From the NCBI GenBank assembly GCA_041550555.1, contig JBFEOO010000005.1:14017-78016 (forward strand): a stretch of 64,000 bases of DNA, written 5' to 3'. The notes under the pieces were generated by a model. It was not told where the DNA came from and did no database searches. It saw only the letters and a program-made list of their open reading frames with translations. This DNA comes from Arenicellales bacterium. GTDB taxonomy: Bacteria; Pseudomonadota; Gammaproteobacteria; Arenicellales; JBFEOO01. Position 1 is the first letter of the stretch. Every line of letters begins with the position of its first letter. Made by a program: the position numbers and the translations under genes. Below are positions 46,852 to 55,620 of the stretch, in pieces.

Positions 46852-49527
46852 CTACTCCACTTCCAGCAAGCGCTCGAAGCTCGAGCCCGCCCGCGTGACG
46901 TCCTCGCGCGGTCCATGCTCCGCAACCTGGCCCTTTTCGACGACCATAATCGTGTCGAAGCGATTGGCCAGCTCCGGCCTGCCCAGCACCCACAGCAGTC
47001 CCCGCCCCTGCATGTAGCCGATGAGCTGGTCGACCATCCTGTTCTCGGCCGATGGATCGAGACCACCCGTCGCATCGTTGATGATGAGCATATCGGGATC
47101 CTTGATCAGGCAGCGGCCGATGGCGATCTTCTGGCGCTGCGCCAGCGACAGCCGGGCGCCGGCAATGCCGACCTCGTAATCGAGTCCGGCGCGGATGATG
47201 TCCTCGCGCAGATCGAGGGTGTCCACCGTCTCGCGAATGAGCTCGCCTACCCGCGCCTGCGCCTGACCCTGACCGTAGGCCAGCCTGCCAAACAGGATGT
47301 TGTCCTGAATCGAGATCGTCGAGTTGAACCCCTCCGGATCGAAGAAGCGAACCGAGTCGTTGTCCTTCCCGAGCGCTGCGCCCAACGCCTCGCGGGCCTT
47401 GAGCAGCCGCGCCTGGAAGGCATCGTCGATGAGGCCCAGTCGGTGTCGTGCCGGGATGAGCTTGAAGGGCAGCGACAACAACATGTCGCGATCCTCACTG
47501 CTGAGCGCCTCGATGTCATCGGCGCTGGTACGCTTGAGCAGGCTGTGAAACGCCGGCAGGTCGTCCGAGCTGATGAAGCTGAACTGCTCGAAAAGCTCGC
47601 TGTCGGCCGGAACGTCCGCGAACAGATCGAGCATGATCTCGGCCAGCCGCCGGCCCAACTTGATGAAATCGGTGTACAGGTCCGTATCCTTGAGCACCTG
47701 CACCACCTGCGCGTTGGTGGCCAATCGCTCGACATGGAACGAGGGATCGATCGGCGTACCAAAGAGGATGTTCTCGGCAACGGTCATGTTCGTGTTGTAC
47801 TTGTCGCTGTCGAACAGCTCGACCAGCGATGCCATCTTCGGGTCCCGCACCCGGTCGCGCAGCGCCGCGCGCGCCTCCAGTATCCGTGCCGCGAGCTCCG
47901 GCCGGGCGTCGGGATCGACCGTCCCGTACAGCCCCAGGTTGTAGACGTCCTCTTCCATGCCGACCACCTTGAGGATCTTCAGGGACTTGGCGACGAGGCC
48001 CTCGAGATCGTCGACGCCCGCCGACGCGAAATCGATCCAGTTGGCGTTGACGTCGGCATCGGAGTTGGCGGAAGCCCGCGCCTCCTTGACGTAGTGGTCG
48101 CGCTGTTTGGACGCCGCGCCTTCGTAAGCGGGCGAATCCATAGCCCGATGCTTGAGGCCGTAGAAGAGGTTGTCACCCACCGAGCCCGAGAACATGTGCG
48201 CATTCTGGCCAACATAGGCGATGCGTCGACCCGTGATCGCCTCGGGCAGATCCGAGAGGTTCTTCTCGTCGACGGTGATGCGGCCGGCCGTGGGTATCAT
48301 CAGACGCCCGGCCAGCATGGCCAGCTCGCCCTTGCCGCTGCCGGCCAGCCCGACGATGCCGGTGCTGCTGCGCACGTCGCAGCGGAAATTCATGCCGTCG
48401 ATGCTCTTGACGATGTCGTCCTCGCTGTAGACGAGATTGGAGGCGACGAGAGTCCCCGACAGCGGCTCGACGCTTTCCGGGGTCTCATCGAGCAGACGCG
48501 ACGCGAACATGTTCTCCGGCTGGAACTGCTCGATGACCTGCTGGTATTTCACGCGCACGTCTTCGGAGATCTGGTAGAACTTGAGCAACTCCTTCCACGG
48601 ATCGGAGATATCCTTGTACGCCGCCAGCACCGCCACCAGCGCACCGAGAGAGAGACGGCCGTTGATGACAAAATAGCCGCCGATCGAAAAGAAGAAAAAC
48701 GGCGTGACCTGGGCCAGGAAGTTGTTGATAAACTTGATGAAGAATTTTCTCTTGTAGACCTCGTAGCGAATCTCGAAGATCGTGCCGAGCCGGCTGGCGA
48801 CGTCTGCGCGCTCGTACTGGCTCGTGTCCTGCGCATGGATCTCCGTGATACCCGATATGGATTCGCCGATGCGGTCGGCCACCTTGCGCGCCGTTCGCAC
48901 GCGCTCCTTATTGAGCGCGTTCACCCGCATCTGCAGCTTGGGAATGAGCCACATCTGCGGGGGATACAGCGCAACCGCCGCCAGCCCGAGCCAGAAGCTC
49001 TGTGAGAAGATGAAGAACATGTAGGTGATCAGCAGCCCTCCCTGAAAGGCCGGCAGCGAGTACGATTCGCCGATGAAGCCCCCGAGCGGCTCGGTTTCCG
49101 CCATGATCATGGGGATGATTTCGCCCTGGGAGGTGCGCTTGAAGTGCGGCAGCGGGAAGCGCAGGATGCGCGCGTAGAGGTCGTAACGCAGCCGGCGTAG
49201 CATGCGCTCACCGAGCACGCCGCGGTAGACGTTGAGGTAGTACTTGAAGCCGCCGTTGAGGGTGATCAGCCCGAGAAACAAAAAGCTCAGTACCAGCAGG
49301 TAGTCGATCTGGTCGACTTCAAAGCCGAGGATCGCCTCGGGGATGTCCACCCCGCCGATGGCCTTGTTGATGATCGTCTTGGGAATGTCGAGCGAGATAT
49401 AGACGAAAGGCATCGATATCACGGTCAACAACAGAAGAAATAGCTGATCCTTCAGGGTGTACTTCAGGATATAGCGATATATGTTTGGTTCGAGCTTTTC
49501 GTCTTTCATCGTTCCCTGGCCCGCCAC
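46852..49527 (-). CDS. ABC-exporter-like protein: 6-TM domain fused to an expanded, motif-degenerate nucleotide-binding domain
   Basis: 891 aa. The TMD spans about aa 20-330. The NBD motifs are Walker A GLAGSGKG, Q-loop VGQN, signature LSLAQ, Walker B MLIINDA and D-loop GGLD. About 350 aa separate the Q-loop from the signature. Confidence 0.85.
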   Translation of the reverse strand: MAGQGTMKDEKLEPNIYRYILKYTLKDQLFLLLLTVISMPFVYISLDIPKTIINKAIGGVDIPEAILGFEVDQIDYLLVLSFLFLGLITLNGGFKYYLNVYRGVLGERMLRRLRYDLYARILRFPLPHFKRTSQGEIIPMIMAETEPLGGFIGESYSLPAFQGGLLITYMFFIFSQSFWLGLAAVALYPPQMWLIPKLQMRVNALNKERVRTARKVADRIGESISGITEIHAQDTSQYERADVASRLGTIFEIRYEVYKRKFFIKFINNFLAQVTPFFFFSIGGYFVINGRLSLGALVAVLAAYKDISDPWKELLKFYQISEDVRVKYQQVIEQFQPENMFASRLLDETPESVEPLSGTLVASNLVYSEDDIVKSIDGMNFRCDVRSSTGIVGLAGSGKGELAMLAGRLMIPTAGRITVDEKNLSDLPEAITGRRIAYVGQNAHMFSGSVGDNLFYGLKHRAMDSPAYEGAASKQRDHYVKEARASANSDADVNANWIDFASAGVDDLEGLVAKSLKILKVVGMEEDVYNLGLYGTVDPDARPELAARILEARAALRDRVRDPKMASLVELFDSDKYNTNMTVAENILFGTPIDPSFHVERLATNAQVVQVLKDTDLYTDFIKLGRRLAEIMLDLFADVPADSELFEQFSFISSDDLPAFHSLLKRTSADDIEALSSEDRDMLLSLPFKLIPARHRLGLIDDAFQARLLKAREALGAALGKDNDSVRFFDPEGFNSTISIQDNILFGRLAYGQGQAQARVGELIRETVDTLDLREDIIRAGLDYEVGIAGARLSLAQRQKIAIGRCLIKDPDMLIINDATGGLDPSAENRMVDQLIGYMQGRGLLWVLGRPELANRFDTIMVVEKGQVAEHGPREDVTRAGSSFERLLEVE

Positions 49528-49681
49528 CGCATCCGCCGTGTCAGCTCCACTCGCGAGCGACCTCCGCCAGCGAGTATACTGCCTACCCGAAGCGGCGTCT
49601 CGCGTCTGATGAAACTCGCCGTCTCACGAGCGGAGGCAGACGCGGCCGCCAACCCGCCCGAGCCCGGTTCCGGGCGCGCCT

Positions 49682-50917
49682 ATGTCAAGACATCTGGCCA
49701 TCGTTGTCAAAGGGTATCCGCGACTGTCGGAAACCTTCATCGCCCAGGAGATACAGGCCCTCGAGGAACGCGGTCTCACGGCGACGATCATCTCGCTTCG
49801 GCATCCGAGCGATCGCGACGTGCACCCGGTGCATCGCGCCGTCCGTGCGCCGGTCCGCTACTTGCCGGAATACCTCCACGACGAGCCGCGGCGCGTGCTC
49901 GAGGGGTGGCGTCGGGCCCGCCGTCTTCCCGGCTACCGGCGCGCGCGAGCAGTCTGGCTCAAGGACCTGCGCCGCGACCCGACGCGCAACCGGATTCGGC
50001 GCTTCGGTCAGGCGCTCGTGCTGGCGGCCGAGCTGCAGCCGACGGTGCAGGGGCTGCATGCGCATTTTCTCCACACGCCGGCATCGGTGGCCCGTTACGC
50101 GGCGATGCTCACGGGGCTGCCTTGGTCATGCTCGGCCCACGCCAAGGACATCTGGACGACGCCGGAGTGGGAGAAGCGCGAGAAGCTGGCCGACTGTGCC
50201 TTCCTGGTCACGTGTGCGCGTGCCAATGCCGATCATCTGGGCGCACTGTCCACGCGACCGCAAACCATCGGCCTAGTCTACCACGGCGTAGACTTCCATC
50301 GGTTCCCGGCGCCCGACGACGGCCGCTCCGACGCCGATGGCAGGGACCCTGACCACCCCGTGCGGCTGCTCTCCGTCGGGCGCGCGGTGCCCAAGAAGGG
50401 CTACGGCGATCTGCTGGATGCCCTGGCGGCGCTGCCCCCAACGGTCTCCTGGCGGCTCGATCACTTCGGCGGCGGAGCGTTGCTCGACGAGCTGCGGCGT
50501 CGGGCGCAGCGGCTGGGCCTGGCCGAGCGCATCACCTGGCACGGACCGGCCACCCAGCAACGGCTGCTCGATGCCTACCGGTGCGCCGATCTGTTCGTGC
50601 TGGCATCACGCATCGCCGCCGACGGCGACCGCGATGGCTTACCCAACGTCCTGATGGAGGCGCAGAGCCAGAAATTGGTCTGCGTCGCAACCAACGTCTC
50701 GGGCGTGCCGGAGCTGGTGCACGACGGCGTGACCGGCGTGCTCGTGCCCCCGGCGGACAGCCGGGCGTTGGCCCGCGCCCTCGCGGCGCTCATCCGCGAC
50801 CCCGGGCGGCGCGCCGCGCTGGGCCACGCAGGGTTCCGCCGCGTGCGCGCTGAATTCTCGATGGCCGATGGCATCGACGCCCTGGCCGTCCGTCTCGGGC
50901 TGACGCCGCCGACGTGA
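49682..50917 (+). CDS. glycosyltransferase family 4 (GT-B, WcaL-like)
   Basis: 411 aa. It starts HLAIVVKGYPRLSETFIAQEI, and the C-terminal EX7E-type region reads PNVLMEAQSQKLVCVATNVSGVPELV. Confidence 0.85.
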   Translation: MSRHLAIVVKGYPRLSETFIAQEIQALEERGLTATIISLRHPSDRDVHPVHRAVRAPVRYLPEYLHDEPRRVLEGWRRARRLPGYRRARAVWLKDLRRDPTRNRIRRFGQALVLAAELQPTVQGLHAHFLHTPASVARYAAMLTGLPWSCSAHAKDIWTTPEWEKREKLADCAFLVTCARANADHLGALSTRPQTIGLVYHGVDFHRFPAPDDGRSDADGRDPDHPVRLLSVGRAVPKKGYGDLLDALAALPPTVSWRLDHFGGGALLDELRRRAQRLGLAERITWHGPATQQRLLDAYRCADLFVLASRIAADGDRDGLPNVLMEAQSQKLVCVATNVSGVPELVHDGVTGVLVPPADSRALARALAALIRDPGRRAALGHAGFRRVRAEFSMADGIDALAVRLGLTPPT

Positions 50918-52071
50918 ACATCGCCTTCTACGCACCACTCAAGCCGCCGCTGCATCCGAACCCCTCGGGCGACCGGCTGATGGCGCGACTGCTGATGGGC
51001 GCGCTGGCGTCGGCCGGCCACCGCGTCACGCTGGCCGCCCGCCTGCGCACCTGGGACGGCGCCGGGGACACCGTCCGGCAGCGACGCCTGCAACAGCTTG
51101 GCGCGCGCATCGCCGAGCGACTGATCAAGCGCTTTCGCTCGGCCGCCGCCGAGGCGCGGCCGGATATCTGGTTCACCTACCACCTGTACCACAAGGCCCC
51201 GGACTGGATAGGGCCGCTCGTCGCCGATGCGCTCGCCATCCCCTATGTCATCGCGGAGGCCTCCTTCGCCCCCAAGCAGGACGGCGGACGCTGGGCGTCG
51301 GGCCACCGCCAGGCGCGCGCCGCAATTGCGCGCGCCGATGCCGTTGTCGGCCTGAACCGCGCCGACAGCGACTGCCTGCTGCCCCTGCTCGCGGAGCCCG
51401 AGCGGCTCGCTCTGCTGCCCCCGTTTCTCGACACCGCAGCATGCGACCGCCTCGGCGGGGCGCTGACGCGCCGGCAGGCAGCAGCGCGTCTGGGGCTCTC
51501 CCCGGACGTGCCCTGGCTGATTGCCACGGCGCGCATGCGCGCCGGCGACAAGCTGCGCTCGTTCGTCGAGCTCGCCGACGCCCTGCGAGAGATCGTCGAC
51601 AGCGACTGGCGGCTCGTCGTGGTCGGCGATGGCGCGGCCCGGCCGCAGGTGGCGGCGGCCTTCGCCGCGCTTCCGGCCGGTCGCGTCTGCTTCGCCGGCC
51701 AACTCTCGCACGCCGACCTGTTTCCGCTGCTTCGGCAGTGCGATCTCTACGTGTGGCCGGCGGTCAACGAGGCCTACGGCATGGCGCTCATGGAAGCCCA
51801 GGCGTGCGGCTTGCCGGTCGTCGCCGGGTGCACCGGCGGCGTACCGGACGTCGTGGAGCATGACACGTCGGGGCTGCTGGTACCGGTCCACGATACCAGC
51901 CGTTTCGCCGGGGCGGTGCGCGCACTGCTCGACGATCCGCGGCGCCGCGCGCGGCTGGGCCGCCAGGCGCGCGCGCGGATCCGCGGCCGCCACGACATAC
52001 ACGCCGCCGCGGCGCGCCTCGATACCATCCTGAGCGATGCCCGGCGCGTTCACGCCGCGAGGTGCCCGTGA
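50914..52071 (+). CDS. glycosyltransferase family 4 (GT-B)
   Basis: 385 aa with a GTG start overlapping the upstream stop (GTGA). It contains GMALMEAQACGLPVVAGCTGGVPDVV. Confidence 0.85.
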   Translation: MNIAFYAPLKPPLHPNPSGDRLMARLLMGALASAGHRVTLAARLRTWDGAGDTVRQRRLQQLGARIAERLIKRFRSAAAEARPDIWFTYHLYHKAPDWIGPLVADALAIPYVIAEASFAPKQDGGRWASGHRQARAAIARADAVVGLNRADSDCLLPLLAEPERLALLPPFLDTAACDRLGGALTRRQAAARLGLSPDVPWLIATARMRAGDKLRSFVELADALREIVDSDWRLVVVGDGAARPQVAAAFAALPAGRVCFAGQLSHADLFPLLRQCDLYVWPAVNEAYGMALMEAQACGLPVVAGCTGGVPDVVEHDTSGLLVPVHDTSRFAGAVRALLDDPRRRARLGRQARARIRGRHDIHAAAARLDTILSDARRVHAARCP

Positions 52072-52114
52072 CGACGGCTGCGCTGCGCCACTCCCCGGCC
52101 GCCACGGACTGGCG

Positions 52115-52741
52115 GTGAGCTGGATCGCATTCATCCGCCACGGCCCGACGGCCTGGAACGCCGAGGGGCGCATCCAGGGCCGTACCGACGTTCCGTTGAG
52201 CCCCGAGGGACGCGACGAGGTAGCGCGTTGGCGGCTGCCGGACGAGCTCAGCGCGGCGCGCTGCCGGACGAGTCCGCTCGGCCGAGCGCGCGAGACAGCA
52301 GCGCTGCTCGGCTTACACGAGCCCCGGCCCGACGCCGCGTTGATCGAGATGGACTGGGGCACGTGGGAAGGTGCCGTGCTCGGTGAGCTCCGCGTCGCAC
52401 TCGGCGAAGCGATGGCGGCTAACGAGCAGCGCGGCCTCGACTTTCAACCGCCCGGCGGCGAGAGCCCGCGCGCCGTGCGGCGGCGCCTGCGGCGATTCGT
52501 CGCCGCGCGCGCGGCGTCGGACCAGCCGCTGGTGGCCGTTACCCACAAGGGGGTGATTCGGGCGGCATTGAGCCTGGCGACGGCATGGGACATGCGCGCA
52601 AAGCCGCCGTTCAAGCTGCGCTGGGATTGCGCGCACGTCTTCGACATGCAGAACGACGGCACGTTGCTGCTGCGGCGTTTGAACGTGTCGCTGGTGGCTG
52701 GCGGCCGGCGACGCGCGCCGCGCGGGCGCTCGCGGAGCTGA
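52115..52741 (+). CDS. histidine phosphatase family protein (PGM/CobC-like)
   Basis: The catalytic RHG motif is in IAFIRHGPTAWNAEGRIQGRTDVPLS, with a later VTHKGVIRA. The start is uncertain: GTG at 52115 is chosen, and the longest ORF begins at 52037. Confidence 0.8.
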   Translation: MSWIAFIRHGPTAWNAEGRIQGRTDVPLSPEGRDEVARWRLPDELSAARCRTSPLGRARETAALLGLHEPRPDAALIEMDWGTWEGAVLGELRVALGEAMAANEQRGLDFQPPGGESPRAVRRRLRRFVAARAASDQPLVAVTHKGVIRAALSLATAWDMRAKPPFKLRWDCAHVFDMQNDGTLLLRRLNVSLVAGGRRRAPRGRSRS

Positions 52742-52783
52742 CTCTTTCGCTCCACTTTCGGAGACGGCGTTGAAACGCGGCGG

Positions 52784-53950
52784 TCAGCGGCAGGCGAGCC
52801 GGCGAATCAGCTGGGCGCTCCTGGCGGCACCGCCGAGATCGAGGGTCATCGCGGGCCGGGGACGCGCGAGAGCGCGCTCCACCGCTCTCGCGAGGGCGTC
52901 TGCGGACAGCGTGCCCTCGTCGGCGCGCTCGGCCAGCCCCAGGGCCTCGAGACGCTGCGCGCGCAGCAGCTGCTCGGTCTCACCGGGACCCACGAAGGGA
53001 ATCAGCACGGCGCGGGTATCCGCCGCCAGCAGATCCATGACGGTGTTGTAGCCCGCCTGGGATATCGACACGGCGCAGGCCGCGAGCAGCTGTCGAAACT
53101 CGCCGCGCGAGCGGTTGCGCTCGACGATCACCCCGGCGGGCGCCGACTCGCCGAGCGACTGAAACTCCTCCCGGGCGACGTTCGGTCCGACGAGCAAGCG
53201 CCAGCGGGCCTGCCGCAGCGCGCAGCGCGGCCGAGCCGCCAGCGCGCACCGGTACAGGGCACCGCTGGCCGCACCGCCACCGGCGGAGACGATCACCTCA
53301 TCGGCGCCAAGCGCCGGCGTCACCACCGGCTGCGGGGTCGGCTCGACGACGAATCCCGTGTAGACGAGCTTGTCCGCGATCTGTACCGCCTCCGGAAACG
53401 TTTCCTCGAGGCGCGCGAAAGCCGGATCACCGTGTACCAGCACGCGGTCGAAACGCGACGCAACCAGAGCGACGATCTCCGCCCGCCGCGCCGGGTCACG
53501 CTTGATCTGCAGAATGTCGCGAACGGAGCAGGCGACGAGCGGCCGGGGTGTCATCTGCCAGACCGCGTCGAGCAATGGCAGCAGCTCGAAGCGCATCTGG
53601 CGCCGGCCGAACGGGAACATCTCGATGATCAGCACGTCCGGCCGACCGTCGCGCACCACCTCGAGCAGCCGCGCGCGGCGCGACGCGGCGTAGGCGTCGT
53701 CGACGACCTCCCCAGCGCCGGTCAGCAGGCGCGAGAAGTCCGCGCCGTCGCTGCGGATCGGCGGCAGCTGCGTTACCGCTGCGCCCCCGAAGTCGATGTC
53801 GGGCACGGCGACGCCGCCGCAGAGGACTTCGACCTTGTGGCAGGCCGCCGCGAGCGCGCGCGCCAGCACGGCGGCGCGCTGCAGATGACCGACACCGAGC
53901 AGGTGCTGCACATAGAGCATCACCCGCGTCCGCGGAGTGCGGTCGATCAC
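52784..53950 (-). CDS. predicted GT-B glycosyltransferase (GT28/COG4671-like), paralog A
   Basis: 388 aa with an N-terminal LYVQHLLGVGHLQRAAVLARAL and a C-terminal SISQAGYNTVMDLL. It is paralogous to 54146-55411. Confidence 0.7.
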   Translation of the reverse strand: MIDRTPRTRVMLYVQHLLGVGHLQRAAVLARALAAACHKVEVLCGGVAVPDIDFGGAAVTQLPPIRSDGADFSRLLTGAGEVVDDAYAASRRARLLEVVRDGRPDVLIIEMFPFGRRQMRFELLPLLDAVWQMTPRPLVACSVRDILQIKRDPARRAEIVALVASRFDRVLVHGDPAFARLEETFPEAVQIADKLVYTGFVVEPTPQPVVTPALGADEVIVSAGGGAASGALYRCALAARPRCALRQARWRLLVGPNVAREEFQSLGESAPAGVIVERNRSRGEFRQLLAACAVSISQAGYNTVMDLLAADTRAVLIPFVGPGETEQLLRAQRLEALGLAERADEGTLSADALARAVERALARPRPAMTLDLGGAARSAQLIRRLACR

Positions 53951-54145
53951 GAGCGCAGGAGCCCGCCCAGCCCCACTGCGGGGAACAAGGCGCTAGCGCG
54001 CACGGCTCAGCGAGCCATGGGCGAGATGGGCGCGGCGTGCTCGCCGGGTCGGCGTCGTCGCCGGGAGCCGCGCCGCGCAACCGCTGCCCGCCGCACCGCC
54101 GGCGCCGCAAGTGTGGCGAGGATCACACCCCGCGCTCATTGCCCG

Positions 54146-55411
54146 TCACGACAACGCGGTGGCCGAGCTCGGCAGAGATGTCTGTCCGCTGACGCGCGAG
54201 TAGACACGATGATCAATCGCCGGCAGGCCGTCGAGCAGACCGCCGACACGCGCTGCGGAAGGACGCGACTGCGACGGCAGGCTGCGCAGCGCGCGCGCCA
54301 TGACGCCGGCGTCGCGGCCACCGTCGGCGCGCAGCATGCGCACCAGCCCGAGCGCCTCGCCGCGCCGGGCGCGCAGCAGCTGCTCCTGGCGAGGCGTCTC
54401 GCGGGGCACGAGAATGGCCGGCTTGTCGAACGAGATGATCTCGCAGAAGGTGTTGTAGCCACCCATGGCGACCACCCCCGCGGCGTTCGCCACCAGGCTC
54501 TCCATATGGCTGTCGAAGGTGATGGCCTGCACGGCGGGCAGCGCCGCGACGCGGGCGCGGAACTCCTCCTGCAGACCGGCGGCGAGGAAGGGCCCGAAGA
54601 CCACGAGCGCGGGGTACGGAATGTCATCGTGCTGCTCGTAGGCGCGCAGCACCCAGTCGATCACCAGCTCACCGTCGCCACCGCCTCCGGGCGTCACCAG
54701 GAGATACGGCTCCGCGATGCTCACCTCCGGATGCGGCAGCGCTTCGCGTGGGGCGTCGCGCCGCAGATAGCCCGTAAAATGGGTCTTGGCCAGCACCGCA
54801 GCGGGCGCGTCCACGTCGCGCAGCGGGTCGCCCATCTGCGCGATACCGTACACCCAGATCTCGTCGTACAGATCCCGCAGCGCGGGCATGACCTCCTTGT
54901 CCCGCCACTCGCGGCGCAACAGCCGCGGCTCGTCCATGACGTCGCGCAGCCCGAGCACGTTGGTCGTGCCGCGCGACTTGAGCAGCGCGAGCGTTTCGGC
55001 AACCTCTCCCCGCAGGCCCAGCGGCTCCTTGTCGACCAAAAACAGGTGAGGCGCGAATGTCTCGGCCGTGTGCCGAATGATGGAGGTGCGCATGGCCAGC
55101 GTCTGATCCAGGTCGATGTGCAATGCGAGTGACGTGTACTCGCCGTTGTGCAGCTTGATCACGCCGGGAACGCGCACGAAGTCCACGCGCGCCTTGAAAT
55201 CGAAACTGCCTATGATCGGGGAACCGGAGAGAATGAGAACGCTCAATCCTTTGTAGACGTCGACGAGATGGTGAGCAATGGTCCGGCACCGGCGCAGATG
55301 GCCTAGACCAAAGCTGTCATGGCTGTAGACCAGCACCCGCGTGCCGTCCAGGCGATCGATCGCTCCCACCTTAGCCCGCCTCGCGTCCTCGTCAGCGCTC
55401 AGGGTACACAC
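54146..55411 (-). CDS. predicted GT-B glycosyltransferase (GT28/COG4671-like), paralog B
   Basis: 421 aa with VYSHDSFGLGHLRRCRTIAHHL and VVAMGGYNTFCEII. Confidence 0.7.
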   Translation of the reverse strand: MCTLSADEDARRAKVGAIDRLDGTRVLVYSHDSFGLGHLRRCRTIAHHLVDVYKGLSVLILSGSPIIGSFDFKARVDFVRVPGVIKLHNGEYTSLALHIDLDQTLAMRTSIIRHTAETFAPHLFLVDKEPLGLRGEVAETLALLKSRGTTNVLGLRDVMDEPRLLRREWRDKEVMPALRDLYDEIWVYGIAQMGDPLRDVDAPAAVLAKTHFTGYLRRDAPREALPHPEVSIAEPYLLVTPGGGGDGELVIDWVLRAYEQHDDIPYPALVVFGPFLAAGLQEEFRARVAALPAVQAITFDSHMESLVANAAGVVAMGGYNTFCEIISFDKPAILVPRETPRQEQLLRARRGEALGLVRMLRADGGRDAGVMARALRSLPSQSRPSAARVGGLLDGLPAIDHRVYSRVSGQTSLPSSATALS

Positions 55412-55620
55412 TACGCCGGCGGCGGGGCAACCGCCGCTTTGCCCGTGCGTCGCGGGTCACCTCTGGCTCCATTTGTGGGTTACATTGCGGGTCGCCCTGG
55501 CGACAGCGGACCGGCACGTCCCGTCGGGGGCGCGGCGGCCCCGCGGGGAACGTGAAACGTCGGCAACCGGCCGCGCACGGGCCGGCCGGCGGCCGCTCAA
55601 CCGCGAGGAGGCGCAACATC

